A model generated the notes under the pieces. The model saw only the letters and a program-made list of their open reading frames with translations. It searched no databases and had not been told where the DNA came from. DNA of 64,000 nt, taken from IMG/VR virus record IMGVR_UViG_3300042090_000646, positions 14,564 to 78,563 of that record. The stretch is one strand, 5' to 3'. The stretch is from a virus. How positions within the stretch are numbered: position 1 is the stretch's first letter; every line of letters begins with the position of its first letter. The position numbers and the translations under genes were made by a program. This document shows positions 35,939 to 45,611 of this stretch, in pieces.

Positions 35939-37344
35939 ATGGAAGGAACCCAATGAATTCTCGAATCCCTGAAGACATTGAATCCGAACGGTCCCTGCTG
36001 GCAACTCTGGGCGCCTCTGGCACCCTGGATCCTGGCAGCGAAAATGCCGACGCGCACCAAGCCGTGCTGGACATGCGCCCCGAGTTCTTCATCCACCGGG
36101 GCCACCAGGCAGTCTGCAAGGCCATCCAGGCGATCTACGCCGAGGGAGGCGACTTCAGTTCCATCACACTGAAGGCCAAACTGGAAGCACAGGGAACCCT
36201 GCATCGGATCAATGGTCTGACCGGCCTGATCGAGTTGTTGGGCGCCGAGGAGGTCCACCGTCCCACAGCCCTGGTCACGAGGCTGGCCGACCTTTGGCGG
36301 GCCCGGCAAATCATCCGACTTGGAGCCACCGCCCAGCGCCTGGGCCAGGACCCGATGGAGCCAGTGGCCGACGTGATCTCTGCCCTGGCCACCGAACTGT
36401 CCAACCTTCAAACAGGAGCCACGGCGATCCGGCTTCGCAAAGGGACGGCCATCCTGGACAAGCTCGTCTCAGGGCTGGCCTTCCGTGACCCCATCCACGG
36501 CGGGGCCAAGCTGGTTCGATTCGGCCTGGATGTGATGGATGAGGTCCTGGAGGCTTCGGCTGGCCACGTCATCACCATCGGGGCCCGTCCTGGCGTGGGC
36601 AAGACGGCACTCCAGGTCCAGGGCGCTTGGAAGACGGCCCAGGCTGGCCAGCGTCCGTTCCTGGCTTCCCTGGAACTGGACGAGGATGAGGTCGACGCCC
36701 GCCTCGCAGCATGGAAGACCGGGGTGCCCTACAAGGTTTTCCGGGAGGGCACCTGGAACGCCCAGGCAGTGACCGACATGATTGGCGAAGCTGCAACCTT
36801 GGAGCGCATCACCACCTGGAGCCATGCCTCCGGTGTGGCTTGGGCCACCATTGAGGCCGCGATTCGGGATGCCGTCCGTGTGGAGGGCTCCACCAGCGCC
36901 TGGATCGATCATGCCTTGCTGGTGGGCAAGCCTGTCCTGGGAAAGAACACCACTGATGCAGCGGCTTGGGCCTCCCTGTCTCATGCCATCAAACGGCTTG
37001 CCCAGGAGCTGAGAATCTGCATCGTGGTGTTGATCCAGCTCAACCGGGTCAATGCCGTTGGCGAACCCAACCTGTCCGACCTGAAGGAGTCCGGGGCCTG
37101 GGAGGAAGATGCCAATGCCGTATTCCTGCTCTGGGACAAGAACCAGGCTTCCGAGGAAGGCGCCCTCGCGGAAACCAAGGAAGTCTACGTCAAGGCAGCC
37201 AAGATGCGCTCCGGTGCTTCCGGGTGGAAGCGGCTCTTGGAGTTTCGTGGCGCTCTGAATCGCTTCCGGGTGTTCGTCAATGAGACCGAAGGAACCTCCT
37301 CCGACGGAGTCCCAATTGGGGTTCAGGGTCGCTTCCACATGTAG
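35935..37344 (+). CDS. dnaB: Replicative DNA helicase, DnaB family
   Basis: GARPGVGKT, SLEL, WIDH, LIQLNR, SDLKESGAWEEDAN, KMRSG. Confidence 0.93.
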   Translation: MNGRNPMNSRIPEDIESERSLLATLGASGTLDPGSENADAHQAVLDMRPEFFIHRGHQAVCKAIQAIYAEGGDFSSITLKAKLEAQGTLHRINGLTGLIELLGAEEVHRPTALVTRLADLWRARQIIRLGATAQRLGQDPMEPVADVISALATELSNLQTGATAIRLRKGTAILDKLVSGLAFRDPIHGGAKLVRFGLDVMDEVLEASAGHVITIGARPGVGKTALQVQGAWKTAQAGQRPFLASLELDEDEVDARLAAWKTGVPYKVFREGTWNAQAVTDMIGEAATLERITTWSHASGVAWATIEAAIRDAVRVEGSTSAWIDHALLVGKPVLGKNTTDAAAWASLSHAIKRLAQELRICIVVLIQLNRVNAVGEPNLSDLKESGAWEEDANAVFLLWDKNQASEEGALAETKEVYVKAAKMRSGASGWKRLLEFRGALNRFRVFVNETEGTSSDGVPIGVQGRFHM

Positions 37345-37499
37345 CCGAGAACCCGATCCGCTGGTCCTTGGCGGCCGGGGAACGGGTAGCCCCGGCATGG
37401 TTCCATGACCGCGGTTTACTTCCTGCCCTTAAACTGCGAGAATCTGTCGCAAAAATAACATTTAGCACAAGATGTTCGGCTCGATTTCCAGACCAGTTT

Positions 37500-37529
37500 C
37501 AAAGCACGTCAAAGCACGCCAAAGATCGT
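37500..37529 (+). promoter_or_regulatory. 10-bp direct repeats CAAAGCACG(T/C) in an AT-rich intergenic region
   Basis: caaagcacgt caaagcacgc caaagatcgt. Confidence 0.45.
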
Positions 37530-37552
37530 TGAAAATAGCGTGAAATAATGCC

Positions 37553-37996
37553 TTGAACCTAAACACCCCCGGCAGGAACCTGCGGTATCGCCGAGGTATT
37601 CCAGTGGGTCAACCGATCAACAGGTCCATCGAGCTGCTCCTGGGAGCCTGTGAGGACGCCAGTGGGATCAGACCGGATGCCGCTCGTTTTTTGGGCGCTC
37701 TTATTACCCGGTGTGAAGAAGCTGGTATTCAGTCTGAGTATCTGGCCATCGCCATTGGATACCGACGCCTCAAGGTGAGCTATGCCAGAGCCCTGAATCT
37801 TGCTCTGGCTCAGGGCGTCTCCCGATGGGCTCTCCGGGCTTTGGGCCCCGACGCACCGTTACGAGAGTCCTACCCCCTCTATCGCCGACTCGCTGAAGCC
37901 CAAGGGATCACGCCCTGGGGCTTCGTCTGGTATCAGACCCACGCCTACGGTGGGGGGCTCCTGAAGCCGACCCCTACGCTGGAGGCTGGGGCATGA
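37553..37996 (+). CDS. Hypothetical protein
   Basis: ORF coupled to the next gene; start uncertain. Confidence 0.55.
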   Translation: MNLNTPGRNLRYRRGIPVGQPINRSIELLLGACEDASGIRPDAARFLGALITRCEEAGIQSEYLAIAIGYRRLKVSYARALNLALAQGVSRWALRALGPDAPLRESYPLYRRLAEAQGITPWGFVWYQTHAYGGGLLKPTPTLEAGA

Positions 37997-38670
37997 AGAC
38001 TACTCCGCTGCGGCGCAAGAAGCCGCTGACACACCACCCTGCACCGAAGCGCAAGACCCCGCTGAAGGCGTCCTCGTTCGTTTCCAAGGCGCACCTGATT
38101 GCGACCTTGGCGGGGGCGCCGCGGCGGGCACCCATCAAGCGCAAGCCCCGGCCCAAGCACTCCGTCGGGGACCAGGACCACCTGGATGCCGTGGCCGCCC
38201 AGGGGTGCATCGCATGTCTCATGGATGGCAACCCTGGCGTCACTTCCTGCATCCACCACGTCAAACGTAGGCCCGATGGTCAGAAATACGGTTACGGGCA
38301 ACGGTCCATCCACAAGCGGGTCCTTCCCCTTTGCGAGGGTCATCACCAGGGCCAACTGGACATCTCCAAGGTGGCCTTCCACAGGAATCCTGGAGCCTTT
38401 GAATTCCGGTATGGAAGTGAGCTTGGGCTGCTTGTCTTGGTAGACGCTCTGCTTGCCCGTGGGAATGCGAATGAAATTCCCGCTTGGGATGACTGCGACC
38501 AATGCGCCGAACTGTTCTGCAACATCCACGGCTGCGACGTAGGCGACCCTCACTGTCTTTGCCCCTCTATTGAATTCTGGGAGTCCGTCGGTGTGGACCC
38601 CTACTTCGGGGGTGCCCTGATGTCGCCCCTCGACCTTACTGATCTGGAAAGGATGGCTCCCAGTGCATAA
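37993..38670 (+). CDS. Ref-like HNH nuclease
   Basis: Basic N-terminus; GCIAC..IHH..VLPLCEGHH. Confidence 0.7.
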   Translation: MKTTPLRRKKPLTHHPAPKRKTPLKASSFVSKAHLIATLAGAPRRAPIKRKPRPKHSVGDQDHLDAVAAQGCIACLMDGNPGVTSCIHHVKRRPDGQKYGYGQRSIHKRVLPLCEGHHQGQLDISKVAFHRNPGAFEFRYGSELGLLVLVDALLARGNANEIPAWDDCDQCAELFCNIHGCDVGDPHCLCPSIEFWESVGVDPYFGGALMSPLDLTDLERMAPSA

Positions 38671-38962
38671 ACCCAAAAACGAATTGGAAGCCCGGGCCGC
38701 TGAATGGATGGCCAGCAACCCCGATGCCATGCTCCACCTGGAACGCATGGCCCTCCAGCTTTGGCGAGATGGCAAAAAATTCGGAGTCAAACGACTGGTG
38801 GAACAGATTCGCTGGGACCTGTGCGGGATCCAGAACGCGGCCATGTTCAAGATCAACAACAGCCACACCGCCTATATCGCCCGCGAGCTGCTGCTCCGCC
38901 GCCCCGTCCTCCGGGACTTCATCGAGCTGCGGGTGGTCAAGTGCGAGAAAGTGGCAGCTTGA
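38663..38962 (+). CDS. Hypothetical phage protein
   Basis: EQIRW..FKINNSHTAYIAR..FIELR. Confidence 0.65.
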   Translation: MHKPKNELEARAAEWMASNPDAMLHLERMALQLWRDGKKFGVKRLVEQIRWDLCGIQNAAMFKINNSHTAYIARELLLRRPVLRDFIELRVVKCEKVAA

Positions 38963-39003
38963 GCCATCCCAACTATGCATGGCCAACCCCAAAGGAGACC
39001 CCT

Positions 39004-39297
39004 ATGAAATCATCTTCTCCTCTCAAGAATGCCAACGTCTGCTGCGACGACTCTGGCAAATTGCAGGTCGACCGCGAAATGGAGTTTCTTGAAGGGGCGA
39101 TCCGAAACCTGACCGGCACTCTCCAGGTTCTCCTCTCCCGGATCCAGCCCGTCCTGCGACCTATTCCTCCCGATGGTAAAGAAGAGGTTCCTGAAGATTT
39201 CCTTGTGCCCCTCGCTGACTCAATCCGTGCCCGTCGATGGGGAATAGAGGCGATCAATAATCGTCTTAACGTGGTCCTGGATCACCTGGAAATCTGA
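39004..39297 (+). CDS. Hypothetical protein
   Basis: ATG with RBS aaggag. Confidence 0.55.
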   Translation: MKSSSPLKNANVCCDDSGKLQVDREMEFLEGAIRNLTGTLQVLLSRIQPVLRPIPPDGKEEVPEDFLVPLADSIRARRWGIEAINNRLNVVLDHLEI

Positions 39298-39977
39298 TGG
39301 CCAAGCATCCCACCTCCGGGTCCAAAGTGCCCCCAACCCTCGCCGAGCCGAAGCTCATCCGACTCAAGGTTTCCGAGATCCTCCCCTTCAAGGAAAATCC
39401 TCGATCCCATGGTGCCGAGCAGCTCCGCCTCCTCCGAAAGTCCATGGAGCATTATGGACTGGTCTCGCTGCCTGTGGTCCAGGCTGGCACAAGGCGCCTG
39501 ATCGCCGGTCATGGGCGGATCGATGCGCTCCGGTCGGCAGGGTTCAAGGACAGGGAAATCCCCGTCCTTGAAGTCGAAATGAACGACCAAGACGCCCTGG
39601 CCTACACCGTGATCGACAACCGCACAGTGGACTTATCTGCCTGGAAGATGCCCGAACTGAAGTCGGCCATGGCCGAACTGGACGACGGTGCCTTCGACAT
39701 GGAACTGACCGGATTCGATGCTGATGCCATCTCCGAGATGTTTCCCTTGGAGGAAGGTCCGGTAGACCTAGAGAAGGAGCCCAAGCCGAAGGATCCCCAG
39801 ACCCAGATCCGTCCAGGCGACATGATCCTGCTTGGGGAGCATTGCCTTCATATCGGCGAGGCCACCGGAGTCGACGACCTGGACCGAGTGGCCACCTGGG
39901 TTGGAGAGTGGAAGGCCGTGGGTGGCTCCAAGCCCAAAGTCCTCCGGTCCGGCAAGGAGGTGAGCTGTGGCCTTTGA
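39297..39977 (+). CDS. ParB/Srx N-terminal domain protein
   Basis: ENPRSH..LIAGHGRIDA..IDNRTVDLSAW..ELTGFD. Confidence 0.85.
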   Translation: MAKHPTSGSKVPPTLAEPKLIRLKVSEILPFKENPRSHGAEQLRLLRKSMEHYGLVSLPVVQAGTRRLIAGHGRIDALRSAGFKDREIPVLEVEMNDQDALAYTVIDNRTVDLSAWKMPELKSAMAELDDGAFDMELTGFDADAISEMFPLEEGPVDLEKEPKPKDPQTQIRPGDMILLGEHCLHIGEATGVDDLDRVATWVGEWKAVGGSKPKVLRSGKEVSCGL

Positions 39978-40275
39978 GCGGAATTTCCCTGGCGGCCTTC
40001 CCCACGATGCCCCTGGCGTCAACCCCCGCGACCCCCTCCTGTCCCTGTTGGCTATCGCGGTCCAGCAGGCTGGGGGCCTGATCCAGGTCACTGAACGGGA
40101 AATGGCAGAAGCCCAGGATCTCCGGCACTCCCTGACCATCGAGCGGTGTCCCTCCATCTTCGGATGGGCTCTCCATCTGGGCAAAGCCACTCCTCTCGCA
40201 GGGGACGGCGTCCTTGACGCCGAAATGGTCCCTGCGGCCAAGTCCACCCTCACAGCCAAGCCAGAACTGTCATGA
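39967..40275 (+). CDS. Hypothetical protein (AGG-motif family)
   Basis: LLAIAVQQAGGLIQV. Confidence 0.55.
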   Translation: MAFERNFPGGLPHDAPGVNPRDPLLSLLAIAVQQAGGLIQVTEREMAEAQDLRHSLTIERCPSIFGWALHLGKATPLAGDGVLDAEMVPAAKSTLTAKPELS

Positions 40276-40505
40276 AGCACTCTTTCGCTGCCCTTCACCG
40301 CAACATCCTGGTTGCCGAGGCTCACGGCCTGAACGTGGTCGGCATTGAAGTGGGGAAGAATGCCTCGAAGGATCTATTGGCCGAATGCGAGGGTATTGCG
40401 GCCGATTCGAAGGAGGTGCTTTATCCCACCCGCCTCCTGGACCTCCCGGTAACCCTGACCCACCAGGCGGACGCCCTCCACCTCATCGTCGACTTTCCGG
40501 AGTAG
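40272..40505 (+). CDS. Hypothetical protein
   Basis: ATGA-coupled ORF. Confidence 0.55.
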   Translation: MKHSFAALHRNILVAEAHGLNVVGIEVGKNASKDLLAECEGIAADSKEVLYPTRLLDLPVTLTHQADALHLIVDFPE

Positions 40506-40507
40506 CT

Positions 40508-40783
40508 ATGAAGAAGTCCGAGCGTATTGCCGCCCCGGAGCGAAACGTCAAACGGCTTGAGGACACCGTCCTCCGCCAGAGTGCCGACATCGACTTCCTG
40601 ATTCAGTTCATCAAGGCCGACAGGATCACCCAGGATCACCTCCTTGAGGGATACCTGGCGGCCCGTGAGATGGCAGCGAAGCTCAAACGCGACATGGAGG
40701 ACACCATGTTCCGAGTCTCTGCCTGGTCCCATCTCAATTCCTTCACCGGCCTCACCCCAGGAGCCTCGCATGGCCAATCTTAA
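40508..40783 (+). CDS. Hypothetical protein
   Basis: ORF in operon. Confidence 0.5.
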   Translation: MKKSERIAAPERNVKRLEDTVLRQSADIDFLIQFIKADRITQDHLLEGYLAAREMAAKLKRDMEDTMFRVSAWSHLNSFTGLTPGASHGQS

Positions 40784-41027
40784 AGACCTTCCTCCGACTA
40801 TGGACTATGCCCTCCCGACTGGCTCGACGGAGGTCGACCTCCGTGCCGAGGTGGTTGCCCTCCGTATCCTGATCGCCACCCTCGTTTGGAAGGCGGGCGG
40901 ACACGTCGACGTCTACCAGGGGGACGTGGAGCTGGCCACATCCTCCTGCCAGCTCCATGCCATCCCACTACCCACTGGCAACGGAACCCGCTGGTTCGTG
41001 GACGAGGAGGCCAAGGGCCATGGCTGA
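40770..41027 (+). CDS. Hypothetical protein (AGG-motif family)
   Basis: LIATLVWKAGGHVDV; RBS aggag. Confidence 0.55.
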   Translation: MANLKDLPPTMDYALPTGSTEVDLRAEVVALRILIATLVWKAGGHVDVYQGDVELATSSCQLHAIPLPTGNGTRWFVDEEAKGHG

Positions 41028-41922
41028 AATGTTCCGCCTCATGGCGGGAGACGCCCTTGCTCTGCTGCCTGACCTCCCCGAGGCCAGCATGGACTGCATC
41101 GTGACATCGCCGCCCTATTTTGGCAGACGGAACCGCAACTACGGCCCCGGGGTCTCCCTTGGGATGGAGCCCGACCCGGACGATTACATCTTCCTGCTGG
41201 TCATGATCATGAGAGAGGTTCTCCGCGTCCTGAGAGCGGAGGGAACCTGCTGGCTGAACATAGCCGACAGCTTCCTGCACAAGGAGCCATTGGGCATCCC
41301 CTGGAGGGTCGCCATGGCCCTCAAGCGTTCCGGGTGGCACATCCGGCAGGAATGCATCTGGGCGAAGCCCAACCCCCTCCCGGAGCCCGTGAAGGACCGC
41401 TTTGTGCGCTCCCATGAGTCCCTCTTTCTATTAACGAAGGGCCCGAAGTATTTCTGGGACCATGAGGCAACCCGCGAGCAAGGAGTGACTACTTCTGCCG
41501 GATCGGACCAGAGGGATACTCGGCTCACCCATGAGGCCGGGGGTGGCAACGGCGGGCTGAATGCTGCCAAGGCCAAGATGCGGGAGCAGCTCGCCGAGCA
41601 GGGCTTCGTCACCAGGACGCGCCGAGACGTCTGGACCATCCCTACCCAACCTGGTGGTGGACACTTTGCCGTGATGCCCGAGGCTCTCGTGGAAGGTTGC
41701 ATCCTACCCGGCTGCCCCAAGGATGGCATCGTCCTTGACCCCTTCATGGGGTCTGGCACGACTGGTGCCGTCGCCATTATGCATGGACGTCGGTTCATAG
41801 GGATCGACCAGAACCCTTCCTATGTCGACCTCGCAGGAGAGCGCCTGGCCGTTCTGGCCAAACAGGTCCGCGCCGTCCCCTTCCAACACCCTGCCCTTTT
41901 CCCGGGTGAGGTGAGCGCATGA
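41020..41922 (+). CDS. Orphan DNA methyltransferase (N4-C/N6-A, beta class)
   Basis: TSPPY precedes LDPFMGSGTT; IWAKPNP, HFAVMP. Confidence 0.92.
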   Translation: MAEMFRLMAGDALALLPDLPEASMDCIVTSPPYFGRRNRNYGPGVSLGMEPDPDDYIFLLVMIMREVLRVLRAEGTCWLNIADSFLHKEPLGIPWRVAMALKRSGWHIRQECIWAKPNPLPEPVKDRFVRSHESLFLLTKGPKYFWDHEATREQGVTTSAGSDQRDTRLTHEAGGGNGGLNAAKAKMREQLAEQGFVTRTRRDVWTIPTQPGGGHFAVMPEALVEGCILPGCPKDGIVLDPFMGSGTTGAVAIMHGRRFIGIDQNPSYVDLAGERLAVLAKQVRAVPFQHPALFPGEVSA

Positions 41923-42140
41923 CCGCCATGAACCGCTTCCGGCGCAGAAGAATCTACAAAGAGAACACGCCGGATCCTCGGATCATGCGGGGCTGCCCCC
42001 AGCGGAAATTGGGGTATCAGACCAAGGCCGTGGCCAAGAGCGCCGCCGCCAAGGGACTCCGATTTGGAGCCCTGCCGCTTTATCCCTACAAATGCCCCTA
42101 TTGCAAATATTGGCATTTAACTGAGCAGGTGCAGGGATGA
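41919..42140 (+). CDS. Small basic Zn-binding protein
   Basis: C..K..Y..YKCPYCKYWHLT. Confidence 0.6.
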   Translation: MTAMNRFRRRRIYKENTPDPRIMRGCPQRKLGYQTKAVAKSAAAKGLRFGALPLYPYKCPYCKYWHLTEQVQG

Positions 42141-42841
42141 GGAAGAAGGCCGTCAAGCGGCTCATCCCGGTAGCCTCCAATGTTGAATCTGGTAAACCGT
42201 CCAAAACCAGGAAGATAACGGTTAAACCTGCCGAGAAGCCTGCATCCAAGAAGCGGATTCTGGCGAAGAACCGACGCACTCCAAAGATTGCATGGAATAT
42301 CGTTAGAGACACTTACGTCCAAGGATTTTTTGACGAGAACGCTGAAAACCCGCAACCGCGCCGTTGGCTGAACAACGCCGAAATTGCGAGGATGTATAAC
42401 ATTCATGAATCCAGCGTTTCCGTGCATGTGCGCGATGAAAAATGGGCGGCCCAGCGCGAGGCATTTCAGAAGGACCTCAGGGCCCAGGAGGACGCCCGCC
42501 TGGCCTCCGAACTCGCTGACCGCCGGGTCCGTTCCCAGGTCGCCTTTGCCACCGTGGGACAGAACCTCGCCTCCCAGGTGCAGGCCCATGTTCGGGTCGC
42601 TCAAGAGAAGCAGCGTCCCATTGACCCCAAGAGCCTGCGGGCCCTGGCCGGGACCCTCCGCACCTCCCAGCAAGTCGTCGAGGTGGCCTTTGGGAAGCCT
42701 GCTGATGGGGAAGGTTCCGTCCATGTGGACTGGGCTGTATTCCTGACACCTCCGCCACCCCCTGTCCGCGAAGCCTTGCCCGACATTGACGCCGACGCTC
42801 CCGAGTTTGGCGGCGTCGTCACCCCTCCCAGGAGCGCCTGA
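42137..42841 (+). CDS. Terminase small subunit-like HTH protein
   Basis: WNIVRDTYV..AEIARMYNI..DEKWAAQRE followed by helical region. Confidence 0.6.
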   Translation: MRKKAVKRLIPVASNVESGKPSKTRKITVKPAEKPASKKRILAKNRRTPKIAWNIVRDTYVQGFFDENAENPQPRRWLNNAEIARMYNIHESSVSVHVRDEKWAAQREAFQKDLRAQEDARLASELADRRVRSQVAFATVGQNLASQVQAHVRVAQEKQRPIDPKSLRALAGTLRTSQQVVEVAFGKPADGEGSVHVDWAVFLTPPPPPVREALPDIDADAPEFGGVVTPPRSA

Positions 42842-42842
42842 G

Positions 42843-43046
42843 ATGCATACCGAGCCCAACGATCCCCGCCAGGTATGGGTCGCTGACGACCCCAACGACT
42901 TCAATGGCTGGGAGATTCTCGCCATGGAGTTGGTCAAGGACGGTGTGGGTCGGGTTGACTGCCGCCGGCATCTGCCCGAAGGGAACGGCATGGTGTTCCG
43001 CCAGATTTTCTGCTCTGTCGACGTCTTCAACCGGATAGGTGCCTAG
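42843..43046 (+). CDS. Hypothetical protein
   Basis: ORF in operon. Confidence 0.5.
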   Translation: MHTEPNDPRQVWVADDPNDFNGWEILAMELVKDGVGRVDCRRHLPEGNGMVFRQIFCSVDVFNRIGA

Positions 43047-43649
43047 ATGCTCCGTGGAACCATCATCCCCCGCTTCCCCTGGGGTATCCCTCCTGACGCC
43101 ATCAAGGGCGTCCCAGGAGCCCCCTACCTGGCCCCGATCCCCCTTCCTCCTGTCGCCGAGGAAATGGAGCCGGTCACGCTCTGCTGGTCGTGCGCTCTGG
43201 CCCACCTAATGGCCCTCCATTGCCTCTACATCCACGCGGGCCACTCCAGGGTTACCGAGCGGCTCCTGGAGATGGCCCGTGAGATCGCCAACGTCCTGGT
43301 GAGGCGTGACATGCCCTTTGCGGGCCCTCCCCTCTGCGGCGCCGCAGCCACCGCGGCCACGGCCATCTATGAGGAGCGGGGGCCCATGGTCGCCACCTCA
43401 GAGGCGGGTTGGTGGGCCGTCGCCGCCCAGGCCAGCTTTGCCCTCTCAGCTTGGTATGGGCTCAACCACGAAGACCATTCCGATGAGGCGCCTTTGGCCA
43501 CCAAGCTGCACCGATCCATTCGGGCCGGGATGGTCTGCATGTATGGGGACGCCCCCGCCTCCCGGCTTCTGGACTTCGCCACGGGGGACGGCGCCGGGGA
43601 CCTCCTGAAGATGATCGCAAAGGTGCATGTTGAGCTGGAGAGATCCTGA
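43047..43649 (+). CDS. Hypothetical protein
   Basis: 200-aa ORF abutting its neighbours. Confidence 0.55.
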   Translation: MLRGTIIPRFPWGIPPDAIKGVPGAPYLAPIPLPPVAEEMEPVTLCWSCALAHLMALHCLYIHAGHSRVTERLLEMAREIANVLVRRDMPFAGPPLCGAAATAATAIYEERGPMVATSEAGWWAVAAQASFALSAWYGLNHEDHSDEAPLATKLHRSIRAGMVCMYGDAPASRLLDFATGDGAGDLLKMIAKVHVELERS

Positions 43650-44704
43650 TGCCCAAATTCCGCCCCCTCAATACCATGAGCCTTGATGACGCCGTTGACG
43701 AGCTGGCTGGTCTCATGGACGCCAAGCCCGCCCAGGAAGGTGACCCGGTGGACCTCCTGCACTGGAACCAGGACTTCTTCGTCCGCTGCCAGGAGTTGGA
43801 AAACCGGATCCGCTACCTCCAAAGCCAAACCCACCAGGGGCCCATTATGGATCCTGGCTCCGACACCCCCATGGGCGCCCCAGAAGCCGCTCCAGAAACG
43901 CCCGCGCCCAAGACCATGGCGGAGCGCATCCAAACCCGGACCGATGCCTTCCGCGACCTCCTGCGGCGCCTCCAGACCAATCCGCACGACCGGAGACTAC
44001 GGAAGAACACCCAAACCACTCGCTGGCACATCCAGACCATGGCTCGGGAAGGCGGCTTGCCCTTGCCCGAGCTGCCAGAGCTTCCGCCGTTGCCGGGATT
44101 TGTTCCCAAAACTTCCGCCGGGCCCGTCGCCGTCCTATCTGCCGAAGAGGCCAAGCGCAAGGGTATCCCTCTACCGAAAGGCGCTACTGGAGCCTGCCTC
44201 TATGGCCAGGTCCCCCCAGGTCTCATGCCCGACGCCAAAGCAGCCCCGCACAGGTGCTGCAAGACCGACAATGAGAAGCTCCAGACGCTCAGGGATCGCT
44301 ACCTCTTGATGCTGGAGGTGCTGGACAAGATGCCCAATGATCTAAATGCCAGGCAAAACGCCAGTAAAGCTCATGGGAGGCTCCGGGGTGCCTATGAAGC
44401 CAGGCATCTCCCTATCGACTTCCCGCCCTTCCCTTATCGTAAAGCCAATTGCGGAGAGGGACAGATCCTGCCTCTGCCAAAGCCTCCGGGTACTACTTGC
44501 CCCGCCATCGAGGCGGCGAAGACTCAAGGCGAGACGCTCCCTGTCCTGCACCGCAAGATCATCAGGGTGACGGTTGCCGCGCACGGCCGGGACTGCGAGG
44601 TGGTCCTGGACGACGGTTCGGTAATCATCGGCCTCACTAGTATTTCGGCCGAGGCCAACATGAAAGACCTTGCCTCGTTTTCCCTCATGGGGAGGCTGGC
44701 ATGA
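43649..44704 (+). CDS. Hypothetical protein with an internal duplicated helical module
   Basis: 351-aa coupled ORF. Confidence 0.6.
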   Translation: MPKFRPLNTMSLDDAVDELAGLMDAKPAQEGDPVDLLHWNQDFFVRCQELENRIRYLQSQTHQGPIMDPGSDTPMGAPEAAPETPAPKTMAERIQTRTDAFRDLLRRLQTNPHDRRLRKNTQTTRWHIQTMAREGGLPLPELPELPPLPGFVPKTSAGPVAVLSAEEAKRKGIPLPKGATGACLYGQVPPGLMPDAKAAPHRCCKTDNEKLQTLRDRYLLMLEVLDKMPNDLNARQNASKAHGRLRGAYEARHLPIDFPPFPYRKANCGEGQILPLPKPPGTTCPAIEAAKTQGETLPVLHRKIIRVTVAAHGRDCEVVLDDGSVIIGLTSISAEANMKDLASFSLMGRLA

Positions 44705-44892
44705 GCGGAGAGATCATCCCCTTCGATATGCACGACGATGCTCATCCCCGCATCCATCACTCGGATGATGATGAGGTGGACATGGACCGCCTGCTCCAGA
44801 CCATGAGCGACTGGTCCGCCACCTTCCACTCCATCGCCAACGGACCTGAGCCCCTGGCTGCCGCCCTGGCACGGGAGGCCCTGACCCGATGA
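44701..44892 (+). CDS. Hypothetical protein
   Basis: ATGA-coupled ORF. Confidence 0.5.
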   Translation: MSGEIIPFDMHDDAHPRIHHSDDDEVDMDRLLQTMSDWSATFHSIANGPEPLAAALAREALTR

Positions 44893-45128
44893 TCGCGTTC
44901 ATCTTCTTTACGAGATTCCCTTTGCCTTTCATCCCGCAAATGGCTCGGCTGGTGAGGCCAGCCTACGCCCGCGTTATGGAATGCAGGGAACCATTATCCC
45001 GGGACGATGGGCCGTCCCGTGACCCCCGCTTCAAGGTGGATTGGCTCGCGCGGCGGGAGGCCGCCTTGGAGTGGGAACGCCCACTCCAGGGCAGGAGGCA
45101 TACGGAACCGCAACCCCTCCTGTCCTGA
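44889..45128 (+). CDS. Hypothetical protein
   Basis: ATGA-coupled ORF. Confidence 0.4.
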   Translation: MIAFIFFTRFPLPFIPQMARLVRPAYARVMECREPLSRDDGPSRDPRFKVDWLARREAALEWERPLQGRRHTEPQPLLS

Positions 45129-45197
45129 TCTCCTGAAACCCGTGTGGGGAGGGCGCCCTTGCCCTCCCTGCTTTCACCACCACCCGAGGACACCGCC

Positions 45198-45608
45198 ATG
45201 CAAGAAGTCACTGTCGGCACCCGCGCATTGATTGCCACCATCCAAGCCAACCGAGAACGCCACTCCAGCGCCTTCGGCGAAGCCACCATCGGCTACCAGA
45301 ACGCCGTCAAGGACCTCCTGGAGAAGTGGGACGAATGCCTGAACCATCACCGCTGCAACAAGAAGTCCCCCCTATTCGGGCGCCCCCCGGACTCCGACGC
45401 CTTCTTCTCTGAGGCTGTCCGGGAGATCGGTGAGCTGCGGGCGCCGAAGCACCACCTAGACGAATACGACCGCGCCCTGGCCATGCTCCAGATGAGCGTG
45501 AACGCGGAGGTAACTCTCCAGGAACACGAATTCCAGCAGCTCGTCATGGACGAGTGGGGCTGGAAGCGGGAGTTCCAGGCCATCACCTCCAGCTATGGCG
45601 TGAGGTAG
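45198..45608 (+). CDS. Hypothetical phage protein
   Basis: RBS gagga; P..H..EYDRALAML..F..LVMDEWGW. Confidence 0.65.
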   Translation: MQEVTVGTRALIATIQANRERHSSAFGEATIGYQNAVKDLLEKWDECLNHHRCNKKSPLFGRPPDSDAFFSEAVREIGELRAPKHHLDEYDRALAMLQMSVNAEVTLQEHEFQQLVMDEWGWKREFQAITSSYGVR

Positions 45609-45611
45609 GCG

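Noticed and set aside
35332-37530. CRISPR-like or RNA-gene reading of the short repeats
   Set aside because: Repeats are 6-14 bp without unique regular spacers; no cas genes or tRNA cloverleaf recognised
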